A stretch of 64,000 nt of DNA, taken from Nitrososphaerota archaeon. Its GTDB lineage: Archaea; Thermoproteota; Nitrososphaeria_A; Caldarchaeales; Caldarchaeaceae. Position numbers and translations under genes: made by a program. Positions 18,106 through 27,897 of this stretch are shown one piece after another. A model generated the notes under the pieces. It worked only from the letters and a program-made list of their open reading frames with translations, did no database searches and was not told where the DNA came from. Position 1 is the stretch's first letter. Every line of letters begins with the position of its first letter. The DNA is taken from positions 32,001 through 96,000 of the forward strand of contig JBEPYN010000001.1 of NCBI GenBank assembly GCA_041641305.1, in the 5' to 3' direction.

Positions 18106-19086
18106 TTGACGATAGTTCTGGGCATCGAATCCACAGCCCATACATTCGGAGTCGGCATAGCGACCGACGATGGTAGGATACTGGCTAACATCCAGAAAAT
18201 CTATAGGCCGGCTAAGGGTGGGATACATCCGCGGGAGGCTGCGCAGCACCACGCCGCCAAAGCACCTGAAGCCTTGAGAGAAGCCCTGACGCAGGCTGGA
18301 ATAAGGCCCTCGGAGATTGATGCAGTCGCCTTCTCACAGGGCCCCGGCATGGGCCCATGTCTACGCACCGGCGCAACCGTCGCAAGAACGATCGCAACAG
18401 TTCTAAAGAAACCGTTGATAGGTGTGAATCATGGAATAGCTCACATAGAGATCGGGAAGCTTGTTACCGGGTGCGGAGACCCCGTAGTGCTTTATGTTGC
18501 CGGCGGCAACACCTTGTTAACAGCGCTTGTCAACAAAAGATACCGCATTCTCGGCGAAACCCTAGACATCGCCGCGGGAAACTGTCTCGATTCTTTTGGA
18601 ATAACGGCGGGTATAGGTCCTATGCCAGCTCCAGAGATTATGTCTAGTGAGGGTGACACGATTTACGAGCTACCTTACAAGGTTAAAGGAATGGATGTCT
18701 CCTTCTCCGGCATATTGACCGCCGCGGAGAAGTTGCTACAGCAGGGTAGGCCGCTTCCAAATGTCTGTCTATCCCTGACCGAGACTGTATACAGTATGTT
18801 GACCGAGGTGACTGAAAGGGCTCTTGCTATGCTTGATAAACGTTCTCTTCTTCTTGTCGGGGGTTTGGCGAGAAGCAGACGACTGTATAACATGCTTGAG
18901 ACGATGTGTAGAGAGCGTGGAGCAAGGGTTTACGTGGTTCCAGACGAATACGCGGGCGACAACGGCGCCATGATCGCTTGGACAGGTGTGCTCATGCTCC
19001 AATGCGGAGCCACAATTCCTGTTGAACAGAGCCATGTGAATCCCCGGATGAGGATTGACGAGGTGGAGGCTTGCTGGAGCAGTTAG
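18106..19086 (+). CDS. kae1: KEOPS t6A transferase Kae1
   Basis: GIESTAHT, GGIHPRE, GPGMGPCLR, NHGIAH, GETLDI, DNGAMIA. Confidence 0.96.
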   Translation: MTIVLGIESTAHTFGVGIATDDGRILANIQKIYRPAKGGIHPREAAQHHAAKAPEALREALTQAGIRPSEIDAVAFSQGPGMGPCLRTGATVARTIATVLKKPLIGVNHGIAHIEIGKLVTGCGDPVVLYVAGGNTLLTALVNKRYRILGETLDIAAGNCLDSFGITAGIGPMPAPEIMSSEGDTIYELPYKVKGMDVSFSGILTAAEKLLQQGRPLPNVCLSLTETVYSMLTEVTERALAMLDKRSLLLVGGLARSRRLYNMLETMCRERGARVYVVPDEYAGDNGAMIAWTGVLMLQCGATIPVEQSHVNPRMRIDEVEACWSS

Positions 19087-19715
19087 ATTTTGTGGAGAAC
19101 CGCGTCATCAGAGTTGGTGCAGAAGCCGTCATAAAGGAGATGCGCTGGAAGGGGTTAAGACTTGTCGCAAAGCATAGGGTTCCCAAAGGCTACCGAGCGG
19201 CTGCCATAGATGAAAAAGTGAGGAGAAGCCGTACACTCCACGAGGCCAAAATGCTCTCCCATCTATCGGAAAACGGGTTACCTGTTCCCCTTGTCCTTTT
19301 CATAGACCTTGCCAACAGCATTATCTACATGCAGTTTATCGATGGGGTTGAGCTCCGAACCCAACCTAGCCCAGAGAGATACGCTGAAAGGCTCGGAGAA
19401 ATTATGGCATCTATGCACGACATGGACATCGTTCATGGCGACCTGACCCTTGCAAACATAATCGCAGACGGCGACACAGGGATTTGGCTGGTTGACTTCG
19501 GCCTCAGCGCCTTCAACGCAGACCTCGAGGAAAAAGCGGTCGACATCCATCTCCTCGAACGCTCGGCCACAAGCACCTTTCCAGAAAAAGCCCGAGAATT
19601 CACGCATCTGTTTCTACGGGGGTACAGTGGAGTTGTCGGCCGCGAAAAAGCCAGAGAGGTTCTCGAAAAAGTTAAGGAGATTAGGAGCAGGGGCCGTTAT
19701 GTTGACCGTGGATAA
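19071..19715 (+). CDS. bud32: KEOPS kinase Bud32
   Basis: GAEA, HGDLT, DFGL, EEKAVD, RGRY. Confidence 0.94.
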   Translation: MLEQLDFVENRVIRVGAEAVIKEMRWKGLRLVAKHRVPKGYRAAAIDEKVRRSRTLHEAKMLSHLSENGLPVPLVLFIDLANSIIYMQFIDGVELRTQPSPERYAERLGEIMASMHDMDIVHGDLTLANIIADGDTGIWLVDFGLSAFNADLEEKAVDIHLLERSATSTFPEKAREFTHLFLRGYSGVVGREKAREVLEKVKEIRSRGRYVDRG

Positions 19716-20280
19716 CCTCATCTTCGTAACCTCCAACCCTCACAAGGCCGAGGAAGTGCGGCGAATCTTTCGAAAACATGGACTAAAGCTCCACATCCAT
19801 AGTATGAAAACTCTCGAAGTGCAGTCGACCAGCCTCGCCGAGATAGCGTGTCTAAGCGCAGCCCAGGCATACGCAAACCTTGGAAAACCGCTCTTCGTAG
19901 AGGATTCCGGGCTCTTCATAGACGCTCTAAGAGGCTTCCCAGGCCCCTACTCTTCCTACGTCTATTCGACTATTGGGGTTGAAGGCGTTTTGAAACTGGT
20001 TGGGGAAAATCGTGAAGCGGTCTTCAAATCCGTCATCTGCTTATACGGTGTAGGGGATAAACCGCTTTTCTTCACCGGAGAATCACGCGGAAAAATAGCT
20101 GATGAGTCGCGGGGAAAGCGCGGGTTCGGCTTTGACCCCATTTTCATACCGCGGGGAAGCAGGAAAACTCTTGCAGAAATGTCTCTTGACGAGAAAAACC
20201 GGCTGAGTCACAGAGGGAGAGCTGTGGAGAAAATGGTGGAATGGATTTATAAGGTCCGCGGCAGGTTAGCTGGAAGGTAG
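19699..20280 (+). CDS. rdgB: Non-canonical purine NTP pyrophosphatase (RdgB/HAM1)
   Basis: TSNPHK, EDSGL, FPGPYS, GFGFDPIF, KNRLSHR; start ATG 19699, not 19492. Confidence 0.94.
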   Translation: MLTVDNLIFVTSNPHKAEEVRRIFRKHGLKLHIHSMKTLEVQSTSLAEIACLSAAQAYANLGKPLFVEDSGLFIDALRGFPGPYSSYVYSTIGVEGVLKLVGENREAVFKSVICLYGVGDKPLFFTGESRGKIADESRGKRGFGFDPIFIPRGSRKTLAEMSLDEKNRLSHRGRAVEKMVEWIYKVRGRLAGR

Positions 20281-20284
20281 TAAC

Positions 20285-20719
20285 ATGGCTAGAATGCATG
20301 CGTCGAAGAGAGGCAAGTCGGGTTCTACGCGGCCACTGAGCAAGGTTCCTCCACCTTGGCTGAAGCTGACGCCTGAAGAGGTTGAGTCGCTTGTCGTCAA
20401 GTATGCAAAAGAGGGTATGCCGCCAAGCATGATAGGCGTGGTTCTCCGCGACCAGCACGGCGTCCCCTTGGTCAAAACGGTAACAGGCAAAACTGTTCTG
20501 CAGATACTTGAAGAACACAATCTCAAGCCTCCTATCCCAGAGGATCTTCAAAACCTTATGGAGAAAATCAGACGCATGCGGATACATCTTCAGAAAAACA
20601 AATCCGACGGGCACAACATTCACAGACTGCAGCTGGTGGAGTCCAAGGTTCGGAGACTTCTCAAATACTACAAGTCACGTGGCATACTACCGCTTGAGTA
20701 TGATCCGTTGAAGGCTTGA
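20285..20719 (+). CDS. rps15: 30S ribosomal protein S15 (uS15)
   Basis: MARMH..GKSGS, LRDQHG, PEDL, ESKVRRL. Confidence 0.97.
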   Translation: MARMHASKRGKSGSTRPLSKVPPPWLKLTPEEVESLVVKYAKEGMPPSMIGVVLRDQHGVPLVKTVTGKTVLQILEEHNLKPPIPEDLQNLMEKIRRMRIHLQKNKSDGHNIHRLQLVESKVRRLLKYYKSRGILPLEYDPLKA

Positions 20720-22182
20720 AAGAGTTGGAGGGAGATTTACAGGGATTTGTTAAAGAGGCTGAAAAAGCGGCTGAGAGAATACGAAGTTGGATTGCTCAAG
20801 GAGAGTTCATAGACATCTTCACACACAACGACGCCGACGCCCTCTCCTCAGCGGGAATAGTTGCGGCCGCTCTCAGGAGAGAGGATGCCCGGTTCAGGGT
20901 GAGGTCGCTTAACCGCATAGATGACTTCATCGAGCTCTTTAACAGCGGCTACATTGAGGCAAAATGCATAATTTTCACAGACATGGGCAGCGGCTACATA
21001 CCGGAGCTTGCACAGCTCATTAGCAGAAGGTCTGTCGCCATCCTCGATCACCACGCTCCTGCCCAAGCTTCACTCCCGCCTGACTGGGTGCATGTCAACC
21101 CGCATCATCACGGCTTCGACGGAGCACGAGAGATCAGCGCCTCAGGAGTGGCCTACTTTGTCGCAAAGGCCCTCAACCCAGCTAACGTCGAACACTCCCC
21201 AATCGCGGTGGTGGGCGCGCTCGGAGACCTGCAAGACAAAAACTCTCAGAGAAAACTTCACGGACTCAACGAATACATAGTCGCCGAAGCCGTAGAAAAC
21301 CAGCTCTTAGAAGTGAAGGATGACATAATACTCTATGGACGAACCTTCAGGCCACTGCATGTCTCACTCGCTATGACAACAAGCCCCTACATACCTGGTC
21401 TAAGCGGCAACGAGCAAGCTGCCTACAGTTTCCTGATATCCCTTGGAATCGAGGTGAAGGAGGGGGAGCAGTGGCGTACTTTGGCAGACCTATCAGAGGA
21501 TGAGAAGAAAAAACTTTACAACGGCCTGATTGAGTATCTCATTTCCAAAAACCTGCCGACAACAATAGCCAACGAACTCATAGGTAAAACATACGATCTC
21601 GTCAAGGAATCTGCATGGACATATCTAAGCGATGCGAGAGAATTCTCAACCCTCCTCAACGCATGTGGAAAATCGGGTAAGGCATGGGCTGGAATACTTG
21701 TGGCCATGGGGGCCCGTTCGGAGGCTTTGGAGGAGGCTCAGAGAGTGCTCGAAGAATACCGTCTAAGCATAGCACGGGCCATGGATTATGTTTCCCAACC
21801 AGGCGTGCTCGAGGAACTTTCTCACATAGTGGTTCTCAAAGGCGGAGATGTGATTGATTACAGGCAGATAAGCTCGGTGGCGTCCATACTATCTTCATCG
21901 GGGCTTTTGCCGACGGATAAACCCTTGATAGCTTTGGCTAACGCGGGTAAGACAGTGAAAATATCGGCCCGCGCATCCAAGCAGCTTGTTGACAGGGGCC
22001 TAAACCTCGGAGCTATTCTCAGCCGACTGGGTGCACAGTTCGGCGGAAAGGGAGGTGGCCACAACATAGCAGCCGGCGCCGAGATACCCTACGACCACAT
22101 GATAAAGTTCTTGGCCGAGCTTGACAAGGCGGTGGGAGAAGATGTCGCATCCTCTAAAAGTGAGATCACGCATCACGATTAA
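20716..22182 (+). CDS. DHH/DHHA1 phosphoesterase (RecJ-like)
   Basis: HNDAD, TDMG, LDHH, GGGH..AAG. Confidence 0.9.
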   Translation: MKELEGDLQGFVKEAEKAAERIRSWIAQGEFIDIFTHNDADALSSAGIVAAALRREDARFRVRSLNRIDDFIELFNSGYIEAKCIIFTDMGSGYIPELAQLISRRSVAILDHHAPAQASLPPDWVHVNPHHHGFDGAREISASGVAYFVAKALNPANVEHSPIAVVGALGDLQDKNSQRKLHGLNEYIVAEAVENQLLEVKDDIILYGRTFRPLHVSLAMTTSPYIPGLSGNEQAAYSFLISLGIEVKEGEQWRTLADLSEDEKKKLYNGLIEYLISKNLPTTIANELIGKTYDLVKESAWTYLSDAREFSTLLNACGKSGKAWAGILVAMGARSEALEEAQRVLEEYRLSIARAMDYVSQPGVLEELSHIVVLKGGDVIDYRQISSVASILSSSGLLPTDKPLIALANAGKTVKISARASKQLVDRGLNLGAILSRLGAQFGGKGGGHNIAAGAEIPYDHMIKFLAELDKAVGEDVASSKSEITHHD

Positions 22183-22423
22183 GCCAAAAAATAGCCAAGA
22201 CGCCGCGGTCATCTACCACGCTTTAAAGCCTGACGACAAACCTCTACCAAAGGGTCTTTTCGTCGACACTAGGCTGGAAAACGACTTGGTCGTGATAGAG
22301 GTTGTATGCGAAAGAGGACTCGCCTCTTTTCTCGCCACGGTTGACGACATACTTAGGAGCGCCTCTTTATCTGAGAAAGCAGCCGAAATGGTCCGGACAA
22401 ATAGCTATATAAAGAAAGAGTAA
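22142..22423 (+). CDS. pcc1: KEOPS subunit Pcc1
   Basis: IYHALKPDD, SFLATVDDIL; conserved rps15-DHH-pcc1-rps3ae order; ATG at 22142. Confidence 0.8.
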   Translation: MSHPLKVRSRITIKPKNSQDAAVIYHALKPDDKPLPKGLFVDTRLENDLVVIEVVCERGLASFLATVDDILRSASLSEKAAEMVRTNSYIKKE

Positions 22424-22438
22424 CCCCATAGACCAGAG

Positions 22439-23053
22439 TTGTCGAGAAAACCGAGTGAGCAGAAAAAGCCCAAGAAAACCTACGAGATCTATGCTCCACC
22501 ATACTTTGGCGGACGATGGCTTGGGTCAACGATGGCCGACGATCCTTCAAAGGTTTTGGGCCGAGTGTTGAGAACAAGCCTTTACGCCATAACCGACGAC
22601 TTCACCAAGCAATACATGCTATTGCGTTTCAGAGTAATCGATGTCAAGGACAGCGTCTGCAACACCATATTCTACGGACATGAATATGGCCGAGAATATT
22701 TGAGAAGCCTCGTCAAACGTGGAACTAACAAGATAGAATACATCTTCGACGTGGCCACCAAGGACGGCTTCGTCATACGCGTCTACCCTATCGTGTTCAC
22801 CACCTCCCGAATATCATCCTCCAAGAAAAAAGCCATCAGGAAAATTATGCGCGAGGTTTTGGAGGAAACTGCTGCTAACCTGTCTCATGATCAGCTTGCT
22901 CAGGAGCTTGTGCTCGGAAAAACCGCGTCCGACATATACAACAGGGTTAAGAAGATTGTGCTCCCCCGTCACGTCGGCGTATACAAGAGCAAGATAATCA
23001 AGCTGGGTAAAGTAGAGACGGCTCCGCCCCTAGAGCAGGAGGCGTCAAGTTAA
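22439..23053 (+). CDS. rps3ae: 30S ribosomal protein S3Ae (eS1)
   Basis: APPYFG, GHEYGREYLRSLVKRGT, TKDG. Confidence 0.95.
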   Translation: MSRKPSEQKKPKKTYEIYAPPYFGGRWLGSTMADDPSKVLGRVLRTSLYAITDDFTKQYMLLRFRVIDVKDSVCNTIFYGHEYGREYLRSLVKRGTNKIEYIFDVATKDGFVIRVYPIVFTTSRISSSKKKAIRKIMREVLEETAANLSHDQLAQELVLGKTASDIYNRVKKIVLPRHVGVYKSKIIKLGKVETAPPLEQEASS

Positions 23054-23383
23054 TTGGAGATGGATGTTGAGGAGTTTAGGCGGCGTTTTCCAAACCTCTA
23101 CAGGGAGATAGTGGAGAGGAGGATGGCTATCCGTGTCTCTGGTGTGAGGAATATGAAAAATTTCGCTGAAGAGGATGCATCTTCCAAAACTCCTTCTGTC
23201 ATTGATTATCTGCGACGATGCGACACCGATGACCAGGGACGTGAGGTCATCAACTATCTGCGCCGGAGAGGAGAGATCTCTAAGGAGGCGGCGGAAAGCC
23301 TGCTCAAGCAGCTGGATGAAAAAGGGATAAGAAGCTTCGGTTCACGGAAACAGCCTGGACATTATTTACGGGAGGGCCTTTAG
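23054..23383 (+). CDS. Conserved archaeal protein (DUF2095-like)
   Basis: FRRRFPNL, PSVIDYLRRCDT, GIRSFG..K..GHY. Confidence 0.75.
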   Translation: MEMDVEEFRRRFPNLYREIVERRMAIRVSGVRNMKNFAEEDASSKTPSVIDYLRRCDTDDQGREVINYLRRRGEISKEAAESLLKQLDEKGIRSFGSRKQPGHYLREGL

Positions 23384-24588
23384 CCCCTTTTCTTTGCGGA
23401 GACGATAGATATAACTTCGCTGGGTTTTAACAGGTGGTCATCGGCGAGTCTTAACCCCGTCCTCGCATCAACCGCATAGAGATAACTTTCTCCAAGCTCT
23501 GTGTGTATTTTGTAGGCAAGCTGCCGTGGTGTAGAGTTGCGGGGCATCAAGTATACGTCTGGGAGGATGCGGCCCTCGTGGTCTGTGAGGGTGTGTGGGT
23601 TCTCGACAGGGTAGACAGGTATGTAGCCTAGTTTTTCAAGGTAGGCCATGTTAACCAGCTTCTGTACACCTGTTCCACCCCATTTCTCGAAGACGTTCTC
23701 CCTGATGTATTCGAGTGCCTTTTTCTGCTGCGGCGAAAGCTTGGACTCGTCAACCACCTCGAAGCCGCTGTCGCCTGGGACGTATTTCACCAAGCCTTTT
23801 GAGGCCGCGAGGCGCAGGGTTCTCTCAGCCTCTGCAGAAATGGGAACCACGTCATATCCTCTTTGAACAAGCTTCTCCACGTTTTTCTCCGAGCCTTTAA
23901 CATCAGCCTTGTTAGCGGCCACGATGAAAGGCTTTGACCTTCTCCGTATCATGGTTGCCAGTCTGAGAAGCTCCTCATCTCTCCAAGACACGGGCTTAGA
24001 CCTGTCTAAACCTGCCGCGTCAATCGCATCTGAAACCATGTTCTCATCAACACCCAGCCCCGAAAGCTTCCTTGTCAGCTCCAGCGTCAGCGAAACCTGC
24101 TTGGCTTCCGCGGCCCTCGATATCCTCGGCCAGTCTCGTGAAACAATCTCGGCCAGCCATGCGTCGAACTCGTCGAGAACCATTTCGACGTCTTCTACAG
24201 GGTCGTGGGTGAAGGGCTCGGTTGGAGTGCCGTCTCCGAGTGTTGCACCAGAGGCGTCTGCAACTATGATTAGGAGCGAGGCCTGCCTTATCTCGTCGAG
24301 AAACTTGAGGCCGAGGCCCTTCCCTTTGTGAGCCTCACGTATTATCCCGGGGCAATCAATTATCTGTATGGGGACAAGCCTCACACCGTCTATGCAGACA
24401 GAGTTTCTCGGATTGTCTCTGACACCGAGTTTTTTGCAGACGCATTCTACCCTTACATAAGTGACGCCGACGTTGGTTTTCTTGGTTGTGAAAGGGTAGT
24501 TGGCTATATCGACGTTTACCATGCTGAGGGCTGAGAAGAGGGTGCTTTTCCCGACGTTAGGTTTCCCAACTATACCGGCTATCTCCAT
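23380..24588 (-). CDS. ychF: YchF/Obg-family redox-regulated ATPase/GTPase
   Basis: GKPNVGKST, NYPFTT, NKAD, C-terminal TGS domain (IHTELG). Confidence 0.93.
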   Translation of the reverse strand: MEIAGIVGKPNVGKSTLFSALSMVNVDIANYPFTTKKTNVGVTYVRVECVCKKLGVRDNPRNSVCIDGVRLVPIQIIDCPGIIREAHKGKGLGLKFLDEIRQASLLIIVADASGATLGDGTPTEPFTHDPVEDVEMVLDEFDAWLAEIVSRDWPRISRAAEAKQVSLTLELTRKLSGLGVDENMVSDAIDAAGLDRSKPVSWRDEELLRLATMIRRRSKPFIVAANKADVKGSEKNVEKLVQRGYDVVPISAEAERTLRLAASKGLVKYVPGDSGFEVVDESKLSPQQKKALEYIRENVFEKWGGTGVQKLVNMAYLEKLGYIPVYPVENPHTLTDHEGRILPDVYLMPRNSTPRQLAYKIHTELGESYLYAVDARTGLRLADDHLLKPSEVISIVSAKKRG

Positions 24589-24590
24589 AT

Positions 24591-25034
24591 CTAGTGAGTC
24601 TTAACCGCTGGGTGACTGGGGTCTAGGGCTACAACTTCATACCATCGATATAGTGAATCCTGTGCTAGGGGGTAGGCTCCGAGTGGCTTGAGGTTGGGGA
24701 AGTGTTTGCGAAACCTTTGAACCGCCTCCTCCTTAATCGAGACGTTGACCTTGTGTCTGACCACACCGATTGCTTTTGGTCTTCTTCCAGACCTTGGCCT
24801 CGGCTTGCTGAACCCGCCTCTCCGGACCCTCACCAGAGCGACAACATAGCCTTGTTGAGCTTTGTAACCAAGGGCTCTGGCGCGATCCATCCTCAAGGGT
24901 TTCTCTACACGCTCAACCGCTCTCATCCTCCGCCAAGCAACCATCCTCTTCCTCAGCAGGGAGCGGAGAACCTCGGGCCTCTCGCGCCAAAGCCTCTGCA
25001 TCATCTTATACATGGATGTCAAGCTAACATCCAT
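24591..25034 (-). CDS. rpl15e: 50S ribosomal protein L15e (short C-terminus)
   Basis: DRARALGYKAQQG, RVRRGG, GRRPK, WYEV..DPSHP; start may be 25022 or 25013. Confidence 0.92.
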   Translation of the reverse strand: MDVSLTSMYKMMQRLWRERPEVLRSLLRKRMVAWRRMRAVERVEKPLRMDRARALGYKAQQGYVVALVRVRRGGFSKPRPRSGRRPKAIGVVRHKVNVSIKEEAVQRFRKHFPNLKPLGAYPLAQDSLYRWYEVVALDPSHPAVKTH

Positions 25035-25094
25035 TGGAAAGGGTTGTTCTTAAACCTTGAAAACCTAATAACGCGTAAGATGCGAAAAGTCTGG

Positions 25095-25496
25095 ATGCTG
25101 AAGCTGGTTAAACTTACCTGCAGAACACATGTCTACTCGACTGAGAGCATCGAGAAGGTCAAAAAAGCAGTCCAAAATATCTTAGGCGAGACAATCCTGC
25201 AGTCAAACAAGACAAGCCTCACAGGCCATTTCGGAGACAGTATAACCGTTCTGGAATATGTAGGCGAAGACCCCGAGCAAGTGGGCCTGATCTTCAGACG
25301 TGTTGTCTCAAAGGTCGGTATGGGAGTTGTAGGGGTCGAGGAAAGAGGAGCTGGAGGCGGAAAACTACACATTCGTCTCGACAAGCAAAAAGCCTACCTA
25401 GGCGAGGTTGCGGCGGAAGACATCGACCCGATCAAGCTCGAGTTCACGTACGTCGGTGACTGGCGAGAGGCGTTGAAATGGCAAAGCAATACGTAG
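25095..25496 (+). CDS. Predicted RNA-binding protein (DUF54-like)
   Basis: HVYSTESIEKVKKA, GHFGD, HIRLDKQKAYLG; precedes the RNase P genes. Confidence 0.75.
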   Translation: MLKLVKLTCRTHVYSTESIEKVKKAVQNILGETILQSNKTSLTGHFGDSITVLEYVGEDPEQVGLIFRRVVSKVGMGVVGVEERGAGGGKLHIRLDKQKAYLGEVAAEDIDPIKLEFTYVGDWREALKWQSNT

Positions 25497-26089
25497 ATTT
25501 TTACGTAAAGAGGCTCACCGCGGAGATGGCGTCTGCTCTGAGCCTCCAAGGGTTCGAAGCTGTCTGCGTAGAGGAACGCGTGTCCGATGATGTGTTGAAG
25601 GGCATGGATGGATTGAGGGTTTTCCAAAAGGCAGTTGTTGATGCTTATAACAGAGGCGAGGTTTTGGAATTCGCCCGGAAACATTACGGTAAACGGGTTA
25701 TAAGTGTGAGGCCTTTTTCCCGCGAAGCCTTGATGACGGCTGGGCGAGATGAAAGGGTTGCATCGGTGATAGTCCACGGCGAAGTTGCTGATTTTGATAG
25801 ACATGTCGCCGAGGTATTGTTCAACCCGGTTGAAGTAACCGTGGCTGAGTTGGTGAAGTGTTTTCAGAACGTGAATAGTTGGGGAAGGGTTACGAGGTTC
25901 CTGCAACGCGCATCAGTTGTCGGGAAAAAGATAATTGTATCAAGCGGAGCCGCTGATACTGAGGAAATCCTACCGCCTCATCAGCTGGGATATGTGGCAG
26001 CGGCCTTGACCGGTGGAAAAAACCTTTACACGTTGCCCGTCTCGGGAACACCTTTGAAGATTTTGAGGGATAAGGTTTTTGGGCGTTAG
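25478..26089 (+). CDS. rnp3: Ribonuclease P subunit Rpp30 (divergent)
   Basis: PHP-like pattern with IIVSSGA...P motif; upstream of Pop5. Confidence 0.7.
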   Translation: MAKQYVDFYVKRLTAEMASALSLQGFEAVCVEERVSDDVLKGMDGLRVFQKAVVDAYNRGEVLEFARKHYGKRVISVRPFSREALMTAGRDERVASVIVHGEVADFDRHVAEVLFNPVEVTVAELVKCFQNVNSWGRVTRFLQRASVVGKKIIVSSGAADTEEILPPHQLGYVAAALTGGKNLYTLPVSGTPLKILRDKVFGR

Positions 26090-26387
26090 AGTATACAGGA
26101 TGAGGAAACGATACGTAGCCGTGACATGTAATAATAAGGTTTCTGGCGAGGCTCTTGAAAACGCTGTTAAAGAGTGTTTTACAAGGTTGTATGGGGTTGA
26201 TGGGCTGTTGCAGTCTGGGTTGAGGAGGGTTAGCGTTGGTAGGCCGCATGTCTTCCTCTGTGGACATCTCTGGGTGCCTCGGCTCGTGCTTGCTCTGACC
26301 CTTGTGCGACAAATTGGAGACACGCCCGTAGTCCTCAAGACCACAAAGGTTTCGGGGACGGTTAGAAGCCTATGGAGCACGAAATAA
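26079..26387 (+). CDS. rnp2: Ribonuclease P subunit Pop5/Rpp14
   Basis: RKRYV, LYG..G, VSGTVRSL; ATG 26100 is an alternative start. Confidence 0.85.
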   Translation: MGVRVYRMRKRYVAVTCNNKVSGEALENAVKECFTRLYGVDGLLQSGLRRVSVGRPHVFLCGHLWVPRLVLALTLVRQIGDTPVVLKTTKVSGTVRSLWSTK

Positions 26388-27043
26388 ACCCAAGCCGAGA
26401 GATACGCGACATCTTGCTAACCATAGCTCTGGCCATGGCCACTCTCTACGCTGGCGGCTCAGCCGCGGCATTCATAGGCCTAAGCAGCATCTGGGCTCCT
26501 CAGCTGGCACTACTCGCCGTAGCTCTCGTCCTCAGCAGAACCGAGATGCTCGTCCCAAACCTCAGAAAACATCGAGGAATATTAACCGGGTTGGCTCTCG
26601 CCCCAGTCGCCACATTCTCAGCCATCATCGCTTCGCTACTTTGGTCAAACATTTTCCCCCAAACCCCCGCAACACGTCAACTAGCAGAGGCACTAACCCC
26701 ATCAACCACAGCCGAGTACCTTCTATACATCGGCCTCACTTTTCTCGTGGTGGCGCCTGCTGAGGAAATTATTTTCCGCGGAATTGTTCACGGCAAATTA
26801 TCAAAGATCATGAAAAGAGGTTTAGCCGATGTCGTTTCTTCAGCTATTTTTGCGGCGGTTCATATGGATTTGTCGAGGCTGGGGCCCACGTTTGTTCTCG
26901 GGCTTTTCCTCGCCTACAGCGTGGACAGAACCCGCTCCCTAACGCCCGCTATTCTAATTCACGCAATAAACAACACAGCCTACATCACCTTATTATTCCT
27001 GAGCTCTTCCACACTTGCTGCAGAAAATCTCGTTCTCCCTTAA
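26372..27043 (+). CDS. CPBP/Abi-family intramembrane metalloprotease
   Basis: APAEEIIFRG, FAAVH, IHAINN. Confidence 0.92.
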   Translation: MEHEINPSREIRDILLTIALAMATLYAGGSAAAFIGLSSIWAPQLALLAVALVLSRTEMLVPNLRKHRGILTGLALAPVATFSAIIASLLWSNIFPQTPATRQLAEALTPSTTAEYLLYIGLTFLVVAPAEEIIFRGIVHGKLSKIMKRGLADVVSSAIFAAVHMDLSRLGPTFVLGLFLAYSVDRTRSLTPAILIHAINNTAYITLLFLSSSTLAAENLVLP

Positions 27044-27856
27044 CCCTGTTCCACAGAACTTGCAGTGGCCGACAATCATGTTTTGAAGCCTGTTCTTCTC
27101 AATTCTCTTAGCGATAAAGAGAGAAGACTCTATCAACAAGACGAGGGGTAGGAATAGGACGGCGTTTCCGACCAGCCAACCGTCTGGTGTTATGATTGCG
27201 ACCAAGATGTAAAGAGCACCGTAGACATAGAGCCTGTTGCGGGTTATGATTTCAGTACTGATTATTCCGAACCTGACGAGGAGGACGAGGACTGCGGGTG
27301 AGGTGAAGACGACCCCGATCAGCAACACTGTGGTGAAGACGAGGCTGTAGAAATCCATGGCGCAAACGGTTGGTAAGACGCCGGCCAACTCGAAGAAGAA
27401 GATCATCGCCCTCATGATGAGAGGTGCTGCGACGAAGTAGCCGAACAAACCTCCAACGGCGAAGAGAGCCGCAAAACCAAGAGTAAACCCGTAGATGAGC
27501 CTCCTCTCATGCGGATACAGAGCAGGATCTACGTAAGCATATGTCTCATAACCTATAACAGGCATTATCGTGGCCAACGCGAGAAAAGCCGCTGCAAGAA
27601 AAATTATCTCAAAAGGGGAAGTCATGGAGCAGCCGATTATCTCGATTCTGTTCGCGGCTAGGTCTGTGACGATTCTTTTCAGTACAAGAGAGACCATGGG
27701 TTCGTAAAACTCTGGGTTGAGCGTGATACCTGTCAAGTCTGCCGGAAAAGCCAACCAGAAAATGAGCGAAACAACGAAAGAAACAATCACAACCTTTACT
27801 CGGTTCTTTAGCTCACGTAGATGCTCGATTAGAGGCATTTCCTTGTCTTTGCTCAA
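26993..27856 (-). CDS. tatC: Twin-arginine translocase TatC with C-terminal zinc ribbon
   Basis: MPLIEHLRELK, PALYPHE, IITPD, six TM segments. Confidence 0.93.
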   Translation of the reverse strand: MSKDKEMPLIEHLRELKNRVKVVIVSFVVSLIFWLAFPADLTGITLNPEFYEPMVSLVLKRIVTDLAANRIEIIGCSMTSPFEIIFLAAAFLALATIMPVIGYETYAYVDPALYPHERRLIYGFTLGFAALFAVGGLFGYFVAAPLIMRAMIFFFELAGVLPTVCAMDFYSLVFTTVLLIGVVFTSPAVLVLLVRFGIISTEIITRNRLYVYGALYILVAIITPDGWLVGNAVLFLPLVLLIESSLFIAKRIEKNRLQNMIVGHCKFCGTGLRENEIFCSKCGRAQE

Positions 27857-27897
27857 CCCCTGTCATCCAGAAAAATCGATATAATTAACTTCTTTCC

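Noticed and set aside
19492-19698. N-terminal extensions in the ORF track (rdgB from 19492, DUF54 from 24702, phoU from 33882, 59429 ORF, FNR from 32704)
   Set aside because: They overlap neighbouring real genes; family homology begins at downstream starts
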